A stretch of 64,000 nt of DNA from Marsupella aquatica. Taxonomy: Eukaryota > Plantae > Marchantiophyta. Shown here piece by piece: positions 39,805-52,766 of this stretch. Where the stretch lies: positions 3,640,490 to 3,704,489 of the forward strand of contig OZ316893.1 of assembly GCA_973895155.1 (NCBI GenBank), given 5' to 3'. Position 1 is the stretch's first letter. Every line of letters begins with the position of its first letter. The notes beneath the pieces are model-generated. The model did not search any database and was not told the origin of the DNA. It saw only the letters and a program-made list of their open reading frames with translations. A program made the translations under genes and the position numbers.

Positions 39805-41130
39805 CAACGGATCTACTTGCTCGCATCCTTCATGTCTACCGTAAACTCTAACATATAATTAACCATCGACAGTGACGTACATCGCGTCGTCGCTGACCAA
39901 AACATGCTCTAGGTAAGTCGTTCATTGTGGTCTCGGTGTACGTGACAATCTACAGCCATTCGTGTTTCGCATTCATATACTAGTACTCCAAGCGAAGAGT
40001 ACAAGTAATCCTCACAGAAGTCAAGGCACTTCCAGGGGCATTACTCTAATTATATATTGTCCAATTATGCATTAAGATTTTATTCTCCAGTACGAAAACA
40101 AAAACTATGGACTCGTTATTATACACAGCAGGCATATATAGCGACGATTACTGGGGTCTAGCTAGGATATATGGGAGCCTCTACTCAAATCTTCAGCCAT
40201 TTGGAGATCAACAATCATGAGGCACTTGCAATTAGTCTCGCCACTTCTAGACAATAGATTAAGACGCAAACGTTGTACAGGGCTTGAGTTGTTTGGTTAC
40301 AGAGGCCACCAAATATTTTCATTGAAGAACTTCAATCATCCTGAGCATTCAATCTTAGAAAAAATTACGGAGGAGGTTTTCCAAGTCCTCCGTCGAAGGA
40401 TTAATTTTTTTTTCTCGGTACTCGTGAGCAGCCTTGAAAGCTATAATTGATCTCTCACAGTTTCAGGACAAGTCATATGATCTATAAACGTTCTGCACTA
40501 GAGAGGTTTCGGTTGTCTGTGGATTGACAAATATTGATACCACGTTGGAATTCAGTGTCCAATTAAGGTCGATGCTTCTCAGTTAGACAGATACAAGATC
40601 GTGGTAGAATGTGCTAATTACACATCGACATTACCATATAATTTATTCCCTGTATAATTTGTTTTGTTTTCCGTTCGTGATTCCTAAAAGCATTGATTTT
40701 CATATCCTGGAATGGTATTCACATTTTCCAGCTATCTTCACTGTCAGTGTTTCAACTCGAGACTAATTACACACTATTCGATCTCTAGAGACACAATGCC
40801 AAAAACTTTCGACATGAGGCACCGGATGTGGTCCTCGCCCTCGATGTTTACCAGATGTTCTGCGACAGTATCTTGAGTCATCTATGTACAGAGGTCTCGG
40901 TGAGCACTCGAAGGCGTACGTACTCTATCTAGGCTTAATTCTTGCGGTGGGGACAAAATTGAAACTGTCACATCTGTATACGCGAGAGAAATTTGATCGC
41001 AAGATTAACGATGGCATTATGCGGACATCCTGGAAAACATTTGAACTTCACGTATCAATTGTTCGATGATCGACCATCTAACTTGCGATATAAATATATA
41101 TGTAGCCATTGAAAATGACCTACTTGAATA

Positions 41131-43071
41131 TCACCTGCAGCTCACCGAAGTTTGCACCGAGAAATTGCCACCGACAACTCGGGCGACTTGGAGGAACAAC
41201 GCAGGGTCACATATTATTGGAACACCACTGTTATAGTCGTGGTCGGTGCCGAGCTCGTCCTGGGAACATTTTAGCAGCACTTGGAAAAGATGATGTCGTA
41301 GAATTTCCTTTTCAAGGACATACCTCGTCAAGTTTCCACCTCGCTCCCCTACATATACGGTCAGATGGTCTGAGTCCTTGTCGTCTGAAGCAGGCACCTT
41401 CTCCAACAGCACCAGTCTAGAGTTCTGATCGTTTGCAATGCTGGATTTCGAGCTAACGCTGCTCCGTTTGGACCACCAGGTTTTCAACGCTTGAGAGTGC
41501 CTTGAGGACGGGATTCGGTCGGAATCAGCCAGGGACGACTGATTTTCGTCAGTCTCGTCAGTCGCAGACAAATTTCTTGAATAGGCCATCATGGTCTGCG
41601 AAGGATGCTTTGTTGGAGACGTACTTCGACTTTTACTTCGCGACCACGACCATTCTTTGGAGAAGAATCTCTTAGAGTAAGACTTTGCACTGTTCGGTGA
41701 AGATCCTGTGCCAGTATCATACGCTGCTCCTGACGAAAGTTGGTCAGCAGGATCTGGCGACTTGAAATTTGAAAACTGGAAACCTCTAGTGAAAAATTTC
41801 TTCAAATGGGACTCCTTGTCGACCTTGCCTGGTCCATTGGTCTCGCCATTGGTACCACCAGAGTTGGCGGATGAACAATCACCTTTGGGATCTAGAAACC
41901 TGGAGAGAGATAAGTTGAAGCGTCCAAAGAATTTCCTAGAGCGAACTTCTGTGGGACTGTCCTTCTCGGAAGATCTCTCACCTGAACTAGAAACGTCGGA
42001 TGGACCCTCTCTTGGTATCTTAGGAGATAATGTTCTGGAGAAGAACAAACCGGATCTCGAGATGAACCGCTTTGACCAGGATATCTCTGGAATGCTGCTT
42101 GAATGTTGAGATGCGCTATCGTCGCAATCGTCAGGCGATAACAGCTCACCATTCACATCTAGAGACCTGGAGAACGAGAGGCCTCGTCGAATCTCTGTCC
42201 TTCTTTTCGATTTGCTGGTATCATCCGATGGTATTTCTCCTCTGGGATCCAATGACCTGGAGAACGATAAGACTTTTGCAAGGAATCTGGTTTTGAGGTT
42301 AGTCTCAGACGCCCTCCTCGCAGCTGCATTCTTGTGATCCTGACCTGAGCTTCTGTAACTGTCATTGACACCCCAGCTTCGCGAACGGTCTAAGGTCTTT
42401 CCGCAAGGCTGAGCGAGGCAAGGCTTCGGCAACGACAAGCTTCCTGAGAAGATTTTCTTGTCTTTCGAGAACGACAAGACGCCTGAGAAGAATTTCTTGT
42501 CTCTCGAAAACGAGAGGCCACCTGAAAAAAATTTCCTCGGCAATGGGCGAGTGCCTAGATCTGCTGTCCGACAATCACTAGAAAAGGTCTCTGAAGAATC
42601 CTCGGAACCTTGGCAGCTACCCTCTGAAATCTCTGATTCAATATGCCCGCTTTCCACAGACCTGGGGAATAGGTATGCCGTCGATGACTGAGCGGCAAAC
42701 ATTGATGAAAGATCTGCATTCGGTCTCCTGGTGGTGCAATAATCAGATTCTTCAAGTATGATTTCTCCTCTTGAAGCCAATGACCTCGGAAAACTCAAGC
42801 CTCTTGCAAAGTTCTTGGTCTTTACTGGCTCGGAACCAACTGTCGCTGAAAATGACACGCTTCTTGCAATGACTTTCTTGACAGGTCGAATTTCTTGTTC
42901 CTCTGAGTCTGATGTGGTCAAGTATTTGTTAAGCTCTCCTGATTTCCGTCGATCCGCTCGTCCTCCACTACTCCCCCACGACTCAAACAGGAGCCCTCTC
43001 TCCCACTGCTGCAAGCTAATGTGACGACTCCGGAGGGGGGCGAAGTACTCTTGAGCCCGAATCATGGACAT
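41131..43071 (-). CDS. 646-aa intronless protein with a C-terminal SAUR (auxin-inducible) domain and a long Ser/Arg-rich repetitive N-terminus
   Basis: The C-terminal segment DHLTVYVGE...RYVL....LRHHLFQVLL...QDELG.D....GVPIICDPALF matches the SAUR pattern GHxxVYVG...RF...L.HP.F..LL...EEE.G......IPC. The 1941-nt ORF is uninterrupted. Confidence 0.8.
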   Translation of the reverse strand: MSMIRAQEYFAPLRSRHISLQQWERGLLFESWGSSGGRADRRKSGELNKYLTTSDSEEQEIRPVKKVIARSVSFSATVGSEPVKTKNFARGLSFPRSLASRGEIILEESDYCTTRRPNADLSSMFAAQSSTAYLFPRSVESGHIESEISEGSCQGSEDSSETFSSDCRTADLGTRPLPRKFFSGGLSFSRDKKFFSGVLSFSKDKKIFSGSLSLPKPCLAQPCGKTLDRSRSWGVNDSYRSSGQDHKNAAARRASETNLKTRFLAKVLSFSRSLDPRGEIPSDDTSKSKRRTEIRRGLSFSRSLDVNGELLSPDDCDDSASQHSSSIPEISWSKRFISRSGLFFSRTLSPKIPREGPSDVSSSGERSSEKDSPTEVRSRKFFGRFNLSLSRFLDPKGDCSSANSGGTNGETNGPGKVDKESHLKKFFTRGFQFSNFKSPDPADQLSSGAAYDTGTGSSPNSAKSYSKRFFSKEWSWSRSKSRSTSPTKHPSQTMMAYSRNLSATDETDENQSSLADSDRIPSSRHSQALKTWWSKRSSVSSKSSIANDQNSRLVLLEKVPASDDKDSDHLTVYVGERGGNLTRYVLEKEILRHHLFQVLLKCSQDELGTDHDYNSGVPIICDPALFLQVARVVGGNFSVQTSVSCR

Positions 43072-45602
43072 AGATTTCTGACACGCTAAACTTCAAACTA
43101 TAGACAGTTCAAGAACTGGAACCTTATTCAGGCTCTGTGGACCGACTGCGTTGGTCAGTCTCTGGGTTGATCTTCAATCTAATGGAAGAGCATACAAACT
43201 TACAAATATATGGTTAGCTAGCTAGAGACGTCGGCAAGAAATTTTGTACAAGGATGTGAGAGAGAAGTGATTTGAGAGATAAGTGAAATACCTGAAATCC
43301 AACATGAACCTTTAGAATTATTGACCAGACCTTTCTGAGAAAACTGACAAAGATGCATGGACCTTTCTGAGAAAACTGACAAAGATCAGGAAATTGGCCT
43401 TTGGGTGGAGCAGCGCTCTAACGCTACATCGAAGGACTCGGGATCGAGCCCTACACACGGCTAGAACTAAAATTCATTCACCGAGCTTCATGCTCTGACC
43501 TGAGAGGGCAAGACAGGATATGAAGTGGCTGAACATGGCCCCAGATTTGTACCAAACCTGCGTGCATTGCGGACATGATCGGCAGGCCAAACTAGTTCTA
43601 CAACATAAAACTAATTAAAGCCCACAAATGTGAGCGTTGTCGATAACGAATGAATATGAGTTTGAGTAGCATTCGATCTGGAGTGAGCCTGGCGCCCTGG
43701 TCCGATGGAAGCGACGTTATCTCGCAGATTTTCTGCTCAACAGTCGCTTCGAGGCGACCTCGAGGGGGACTGTATGCAAGCAATCTTCCGCAGATGCTGG
43801 TAGCTAGCGACTGTTTTGTCTTTCGAGATCTTTCTGGCATGCACGGGAGGCTGGCAGCATTGTATGGCATGCACCGCACGCGGAGCAGGTTGGTGCACAT
43901 CCTCCGTCGACGTGCGCGCTCCATGAGTCTATCAAGCTGGGAGCCCTCCCTCTTGCTTCCTCACTGTGACATCAATTTTTCCTTTACGAACCAACTGTGA
44001 GTAATTTTAAACCGCCCATCTTCGAGTGAAACGTCATTTCTACTGCACTTCACTGTACAGTGCTACCATAGCATTGAACAAGTGCAATCTAAGGCTGTCT
44101 ATATTAATAAACAGAAATACCCATGGCCACGATTGGAATCAAGACAGGACAGAATATGAGGTCCAGCGAGGTCTCTCCATTTATTTTAACACTGAGTCGT
44201 GTTACGTACTGCGATGATATGCTACAGTATATATGCATCAAATTAAAAATTCATCGCCCTACTTCTAAACATCCTCATCCTGGCTGGCCATGTTTGCAAG
44301 CCCTCCCACGCTTTCCACGCAAAAACTCCCATTCTCAATTCCCAGCCATACCGCTGATATTTCTTTTGGTCTTACATCAAAATCCATCGCGTTGGCGTTC
44401 TTTATTTGGAGCACACTGTGTGTCCTTGGCTCCATGGCAGCTCTCCTTGGGTCATTCTCAACACTGGTCAGTAAGCTCGAACAACTGGACAGTAAATTCA
44501 ACCCGAACCAACGTCTCCGGCTGTAACAAACGATCATCTGAATCAAATTTATCTCAAACAGAAAGCACTGCTCAATCTGAAAAGTAAACCGCTAATTCTC
44601 AGGTCATCGGAAAAGCTAGATCCAATTCCATCGTGCACGCAAGGTGTATATAATCATTCGGAAATCTTGGCACAGACTGGGGGTCTACCTCGGGAGAGAT
44701 TGGGCTCGTCATCGCTCTAAAATTCGGTTAGGAAAATCAACGTTTAGTGACGACTTCAACGTTATGTCCTTTGATTACGGTCCCTGGGCTGGATTGTGGG
44801 AATTGCATGAGGATATTCTCCAAGTACCTCCCGTTCCACTCCGTCCGCCATAAATGTGCCCCCCTGGCAGGACTGGAAGTTAGACTGCAGACTAGACGGA
44901 TAGTCTTTTCTTTCACGGATAGACACTGATGGGTACCCCGCCGGTCCCTTGTTCACTGGCCGGCCTTGGGAGTCTCTGCCGCTCCTTCTGCAGTACTGTT
45001 GCTAAATTTCTGGTTTGGCTTTCCATTCGGTTTTAGCTTCCTTCCTGGTTCCCGGTCTCCTCCGGTCTTGGGCTTTTCGACCGGGTTTTCGACCTTTGGT
45101 CCACCTGGGTGCCGAGCCCCTTTCGTGGGCCACATACCCCTGTACGTTGTATGCTGGCTTTTCGGATGGAATCCATTGGGTTTTCTCGAGGCAAAAGATC
45201 CAATTCCATGCCATCAAGCGTCCACTAGCTAGCTCCCACACTGGGTGATTTCTCAAAAGTAGGTGCCAAAAACTTAAATAAATAATCTCGGGTATAAAGT
45301 CGATCTTCAGTACAGATATAAAGTCGATCTTCAGTACAGGTCGTTCTGAATTTGATGGCAGATTTGAGCTATATGCACTCTAGACTAGAAATCAATTCTC
45401 CTGGAGATGTGCAGGTACAGTTAGCTGCTTTGTTTACCAGGCCACTATGCAGTTTCATTGGTATGTGCTTCATCTGAAGCTTGACATTAAAGGGTTCCGA
45501 ATCCAGCCTTCAAGAAGAAACTTTAGAGACTCTGATTATCCAGAGCCTCGTTTGTTGAAAATACCAATGGACTGATTATTTCGATCACTTTCCACATATG
45601 AT

Positions 45603-45688
45603 GATCACAATCTTTCGTTTCAAGAGTGCGGATCTATTAACGAGATCACAATCTTTCGTTTCAAGAGTGCGGATCAATTAACGAGATC
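45603..45688. repeat. 41-bp tandem duplication (other short duplications at 43328-43386 and 45292-45338)
   Basis: gatcacaatctttcgtttcaagagtgcggatc.attaacga occurs twice. Confidence 0.8.
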
Positions 45689-48600
45689 GACCATTAGATA
45701 GCTGCACCAACGTGAAGAAGATCCGAGATCTTCGTCACGTTGTAGAAGTGCAAAAATGCATCCATGTAAGAAGAACTCTTAATATATTGAGCCGGTAACC
45801 ACAGGCATCACGAGTGGACTGAAGGATACGTACAAGCTACTCTAGTTTTTACGTTAGGTTGACGCTAGCCAGAAAGGATCTCTGAAGGTCAATTGCTGTT
45901 CTAATCCTATCCTCGCTCATGATGCAGAGGATTGTCCTATTCTTACCATCGACCTCGATTGGTAATAATAAAACTTGCTTAACTACGGATGCAGTGAGGC
46001 GACGATTGTCAACAACTCTGATTGTTCAAGCCCTTGTTCTGCCTCGGCCCGTCATTCCCAACATGCAATTTTCTCTCTAGAACGCCACGCTGAACATTCC
46101 ATGTAAAAAGTTATTCTCACCGTCCTTATATTACTCATCTCTTCATTAGGTCTGTGTCCTGCTCATATATATTAAGACTAGCGAAACATGCATACTTACG
46201 ACGTAAATTTCAAGCCTCGTTCTATTACATGTAGAGAACGTACAGCCCGCTTGATATTCATTTCTTGTTGAAACTTATCGACCAGGTTTTCAGGACAAGA
46301 TTCCAATCTTGATGAGAATAATCTTTGTTGGGCATGAAATACACTTTGAGCATTTTTAACTCGATCAGTACCAGTCAAGGAACTAATAGTTCAATCAAAA
46401 GCCTCTGTCAGTGATCAATCGATTGATCGAGCTCAGAGTCCGCTTGGCTCAAGACTACGGCTTATTTATTTCTCACCGTCCTTTGCTTCAATTCTCCTCC
46501 ACAAGAAGTTGAATTTGTTAGTCCACAAGTGTTGATTGAAGTACATTGTCCATAAATTCTTCTCCAAAGTTGAATCTGTAGGTCCGCAAGTGTTGAAGTT
46601 TATTGTCTTGGAGAAGACCTCAAAATGATACCCCTCCCAATCGCATAGTGTCTTAACATGAGGTCTTGAGAACTATATAAATATACCGAGAGCAGTACGT
46701 ACATAAATATGGCAATGTTCGTCCTCCCTTGCTAGCCTACCCTCTTGTGGCCAAATCCTCCTTTCCACGATGGCCACTCCTCATTCCATGATGGCCATTG
46801 TTTCTTTTTCATTTTTCGTAATGGCTACCTCCAGTTTTGCAGTTTTATGGGCGCTTACAGTTATTGGGAGGATTTGGTAGCAAATTGAACTCAACCAATG
46901 GATCCTGGTTTTTCACGGGGCTCATGAAGGGGTTTGAAATGAATACAAACATGATTGTTTGGAGTAATATTAGCGCACCATCATGTTTGGAGTAATATTA
47001 GCGTACCCACTATACGTTAGTTTTAAGTTTCAACACTTTCTATATTTTGGTCTTTTCATTTTGCGCCTTGTGTAGAGCCTTGGGTCAGTCCCCGCCTACC
47101 AGGAGCTAGGGGTGCCTAGCCCTACACCTTTGCCTCCACCTTCTGGACTCCTTGTGCCCCCTCAATGGACCGATCAATACCACCCTTGGACCTCATTATT
47201 TACGGTTCAGCTGTTGTTTTGGATAGATTATCAAATTCAAAACCTACATTTGAGGGATACTTGTCAAAGATTTGGCTTTTAACACCATTCTGATGGAGAA
47301 CATGAGCAATTTTAGATGTATGCCAGTGAGGGGTTTACATGAAAAGTAGAAGCACATGCTTCAATTTGGATCGAAAACAAAGAACACTTGTTTGATATTG
47401 CGATATGGTGAATCCACCTAAAGTTCATATTTTGTCTTATACGGATTTTCTATCATGTATTTTTAACTCAATGTGCCCTAACAATGCGCATCATTTTGGG
47501 ACCCTATTAATTTTTGCTAACCTATAGTATTTTGAGTTGATTTTGGCACCCTTCTTAATTTTTTAATCTTCCTATCCTAGAGATATACTTTCCAACTATC
47601 TGAAATCCACTTCCTTTCAATGAGTTTTTGTCACTAGAGAGAAGTTCTATCTCCTCACGAGTGAGAAATGATTCTGAACAATGTGGACACCTGGGGTCTT
47701 AAGCTCCCCTCATGGTCCACCCTGTCTTTGAGAGGGATTCACAATAGTTTGAGAGCTAAATAGTTGTCTACTAGAAAAATATCATGCAGGGATATAAGTG
47801 GGGTCAATGTTCACTTTGTAAAACAATAAGTGGTGAGGGTTTAAAGCATTAGTGTAAAGAAATAAGCATTGAGGCACAAGTACCAAGTCACCAAAAGCTA
47901 ATTCTTGCTTAGTTTAAAGGGGTTACTTACTACAAAATTTATCCAAACTCTGAAAAGGAATGACTAATTTTTCTTCTCAACATCAATGAGAATTAATCCT
48001 TTTGAGAGGGAAACACTACAAGACAAAGTATTTCACTTTTTTGGGAGGAATCTTTACACTTTTAGGTACCTTAATTTTTCTCATTTATCTAGATACGATA
48101 GTCCTACAATCTTTTTATTACCATTTGGTGGAGATTGCTTAAAGTTGGAGCAACCCTATGTGCATAACTCTTGAGTACCTGTTTTATTATAGACTTGTAC
48201 AATGCCTGGTCATTATGTCCTTTTCTTTGCATGTGCTCTACTTCAATCTACTCTGACTTGTATTTTTATCCCACTCTCTGCATGTAATCTACTTCTACTC
48301 CCTATTTTATTATAAAGAAATTAGATCACTCCCACATAGCTACAAGACAGAACGCACTCAATGACACTGGCCAACAATGCCCAAATGCATATTGGGAGTG
48401 CTTCCAAGAGTGATCTTGTTGTTCTTAACAAAGCTTAATTGTCCCCTGGCTAGCCCTTGGACAGTCACCAATGCACGACAATGCCAAAGATGCCTCCCTC
48501 TCAACTCTCAGCTCAAGATTGAAATCTTGAAGGTCACTCTTAAAAACTGAAATGAAGGTCAATCCCTGAAAGAAAGCACCGGCAGGTACACTACCGTGGA

Positions 48601-49606
48601 GGTTGAATGGATTGGAGGTCAATTCAAGCTGAAATCCCTGTAGTCTTTAGGCCAAAGATTCATCACATTTTTCTCAGCACAAGTAGCTCAACTTGTCTCC
48701 TCCAACCGTAGAGCTTAAACAAAGCTCAAAAACAGTTGGGACTCAAATGCGGGCTCATATGGTGGAACTATCTGTTCCAATCTTGAAATTCACAACTCAA
48801 AACCCTGCAATGTTTGAGCTGGAATTGAGGCTAGAATGGAGCTTGAAAAATGAGTTGAAAACACATGATGCAATTGTTGCAACCGTAGCAGGGGTGAGTA
48901 TTACTACTGTCCAGCTCAAATCGAGCTGAAATCCCTCCAACTGAACCTGTTTGCCGGAAACTGGGTTCCCATTGGAACCCAAAAGCCCACCATGATAATT
49001 AAGGGGGGATGGACAAAAAGGGTGAGGGTGGTGCCCTAATTTACTCAAAATGGCACTTTTGGCGCGTTTTTGAGCTCTGGTAGCACACATTGCGTCCATC
49101 AATTTTCTCCGCTTCTGCTGTGACGTTTTTTGCTTAGGCCCCGCTTAGGCATGACATTTTTATGAGTAAACTGCCTCGACGTTTTTTGAAGCTTGACATT
49201 GGGTCTCGTCGACTGTCCGAGCCTGGAGACTGCCAAGACTCATAGCTGTTTCTACATTGTCTGTACAATGTTCTTAAACAGTAATCTAGGTTTCCCCCAT
49301 AAATAGTCATTGCCCTTCGCGTGCACGACAACTTTGTTCCTTACAGGCACATGCATGCAACTTGCATTTGCATTGTTATAAAGACATTTGATGTCTAGGC
49401 AAATTATTAAGTGTAAGCAAATTTGGAATCTAGGCAAATTATTAAGTGTATCCCAATGGTTCAAAGCTCTGCCTTGCAACCAGGTGGTTTTGGGTTCAAA
49501 TCTCGGTCTTAGGGTTTTCACTTCAATCCACACAAATGATAAGGTTCAAATAAGGCTTTTGGGGGCCAGAAATCGTGGCAGGAACCTGGGTTCCCACTAA
49601 CAGGTT

Positions 49607-49920
49607 CAACTGTATGCTCAAATTGTAGGCCTGAAATACCGTGAAATATTGGCCTGTGCTAAACAATTTAATTGGCACTTACAATTCAATTCCTACAATG
49701 ATGGAGCTTAAAAATGAAGTTCAAATTGCCAGCTGCAACCTAGCAGGGGTAAGTACTACTACAAAACTGTATGCTCAAATTGTAGGCCTGAAATATTGTC
49801 AAATATTGGCTGTGCTAAACAATTTAATTGGCACTTACAATTCAATTCCTACAATGATGGAGCTTAAAAATGAAGTTCAAATTGCCAGCTGCAACCTAGC
49901 AGGGGTAAGTACTACTACAA
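49607..49920. repeat. ~157-bp near-perfect tandem duplication
   Basis: aactgtatgctcaaattgtaggcctgaaata...ggggtaagtactactacaa occurs twice. Confidence 0.85.
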
Positions 49921-50553
49921 ATTGTGGACAGAGCTCAAACCCCTCCAATTTGAGCTCAGGCAGCTGCTTCTATGGTGGGCAGCTTGAATCCGGTGGATGG
50001 AACCCAAACAATCAGCCATGTGCCTATCAATGCAAAGGTCCGAGGTGAAGCAATCACCTGAGTTGAACCCTCTGTCAACATTTTCTTCAGAAGGTTGACA
50101 TATTTCTCAAAAGATAGTTGGGGCCTATGCTTTGTGCAGGTACTCTTCATTTTCTGGAAACATCAAGCCTGCTGGAGGGCAAGCTTCAATGTTTGGAGGG
50201 AGGTACCGCACCTGTAGTGTGCAATCACGGGCAGTACAAGGGCAGGCCAACTGTGGTGGGAGAAACCATGGGTTAGGCTAACCCACCTGGGTAGACTTTG
50301 CCAATCAGGTGCTTTCTGGGGTATAAATATGAGTTACAATGACCTGCTCCGGTTTGGAGGGCCGTATAATATATAATTAAATTAGTTTGAAGATTAACTT
50401 AGTAAAAAGTTGTGAGAAATATTCTTAGGCAGCGTCTTCATTTTTGCACAAGTTGACATTGGCAACTATTGGCAAAAAAAAGGCCTTAAAAATAAGTTGT
50501 TTTGACCTGGTGACCAACACCCATGCAACTGTGTTCGCTATGTTGGTGGCCAG

Positions 50554-51156
50554 TGTCGTGCGCATACATATCGCTACACAACATACATCGCTTGTCACAT
50601 ACATCCAGACATAGTCACACTCCACATCACAAACACAAGAGAATGGAATACAAGTGGAACTCATGTCCACACATGTCCAAAACCCACAATAATCTCCATA
50701 CAATCGGCACAACGATCCCGGTCAACAATACCCTATCGATCCCGCACCGATCCGATCACACACATATGTCAAGCCAACGCACCTTGCACTACTCAAGGAA
50801 TCCACGTTACACAAGCGGAGCTCACAGCCACCATAGCCACTCAAGCTCCTCTCTCTCCAAGGCTCAACATTGAAAGATGACCTTTCAATGCCTCACAAGT
50901 GAGAAGTGCCCTCTCACACAAACCTGACGGAACCTTATCGGCTCCAATAGCACTCATACCAAACGTACATACTCTAATAGCATGATATACTACTACACTA
51001 CTCAGAATGGTGTGACAGCTGTCGTGCGCATACATATCGCTACACAACATACATCGCTTGTCACATACATCCAGACATAGTCACACTCCACATCACAAAC
51101 ACAAGAGAATGGAATACAAGTGGAACTCATGTCCACACATGTCCAAAACCCACAAT
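50554..51156 (-). repeat. 3' terminal repeat block (A-gc-B-A in element orientation)
   Basis: The two 137-bp A copies look identical and flank one 328-bp B copy. The A/B junction reads CGACA-GC-TGTCA (plus 51013-51024). A PPT-like AGGGGGGCG lies just inside, at 51157-51165. Confidence 0.9.
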
Positions 51157-51329
51157 CGCCCCCCTAGCTGGGAGTAAGGTCCCCTAACTCTAGCTAGCCA
51201 TGAGTTCTACAAGGTTGATATACACCTTTTTAGGTGTGAAGATCAGGAGGCTGGGTGCAAGTGAGCCCCATCGATCACCTACCTGCAATCCATATCTGCC
51301 AAGAGAACACAAATGATAACTAGTCGGCT

Positions 51330-52745
51330 TCACCGACACTGAGGACACAACCATGATCCACTAGGAATCACCTGCAATGGTGGTGTCAAACATGACATGT
51401 GTCATCCTCTAGAACACTTATCACAAATCAACATAGTAGTTGCTCCCTAATCCACACAACATATATTTCAAGCCAGCACGAACATGTGCCAAGCTTGGAT
51501 CTACTGTACCATCAATGTTGGGAAGGTGACATGGTGCACAGTTGCGCACATGATCCTTCCAAACTATACAATCGCGTCCCTCCAACATCAGGACACCAGA
51601 AGGCAACACTTCACGCACACGTAAGATTGTCCGGCCTGCGGTCACATCAAGTATCGTGGGTGCTGTCTGCTGCAAATAAATATAATCACCAGGATGAAAT
51701 CGTCGAATGCTTGCACGGTAACCTCCTCCACGAATAGTGGCATACCTCAAAGTATCACAATGTTGGGCAATGGCAAGGTTATCGAAAGCCATGGGCATCA
51801 CTCGCTGAAATACCCGTGCTCTCTTTGAACACACCTTGACCCAAACATCAGGATCATCCAAGTTCACAACTGATGCAGCATCACGACGAATAGCTGCTGG
51901 AAAATCTGGCTCCTACCATAGAGCAAAAAGTAAGGTGAGAAGGATGCAAGTGATGCTTGCCGACTAAAACGGTAGCCCATAGCTAACCAAGGTAGCTGGA
52001 GATCCCAATCTCCCAGATGACCAACCTGCAAGCCATACTTACGCAATCCTCTCTTCACAATTTGCACAACTCTCTCAGCTAATCCATCTGCCTCAGGATG
52101 ATCACGAGAGGTAGTACGATGATCAATCAGAGCTTGTTCACACAAACTCTCAAACTTTCCACGGAACTCAGTTCCCTGATCAGTCAACACCTCAGCTGGT
52201 GCTCCAAAATGACTGAGTACACGATCCAAAAATGTAGCAGCAACTCCTCCACTGGCTTTATCTGGCAACGCCACTAGCTTAATCCACTTGGAGAAGTGCT
52301 CCACCATGACCAAAACATACCGATTATGACGTTGGGTAAGAGGTAATGGACTAGCAAAATCCAAACTCCAACGATATCCCAAACCCATGATTGGCAACGG
52401 GTGCAACTGGGGAGTGGGAGCATTAAATGATGCTCTCACTCTATCACATACCACACACTTAGCTATCAACTACTGGACATAAGTATGCATACCACGCCAC
52501 CAATATTGTGTCTGCAGCAAGCTGTAAGTGCGCTTTACACCAAAGTGACACAACTCCTCGTGCGCATGTCGCACCAAATGTACTCTCTGTGATGGTTTTG
52601 GGACCACCAACACTCTACCATCATGCAATACTCTCAAAAGATGGTTTCCCTCCCATCGAAACGTCTTGGCTCTCTGTAGAACCCTGTCACGTTCCTTGGC
52701 ATCAACACTGCCAACAATAGAACCACTGCGCAGATATTCCAACAC
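51330..52745 (-). pseudogene. Retrotransposon DDE integrase (HHCC zinc finger + rve core) with a C-terminal PHD finger; disrupted
   Basis: HEELCHFG...CVVCD; WSLDFA, VLTDQGTEF and EADGLAERVV. The tail reads MLCG...[31 protein letters not shown]. Internal stops and frameshifts are present. Confidence 0.88.
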
Positions 52746-52766
52746 TCTCGAATCATTGTGGATATC

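Noticed and set aside
49641-50048. 135-aa ORF with an internal repeat
   Set aside because: It is a by-product of the 157-bp tandem duplication and has a non-ATG start.
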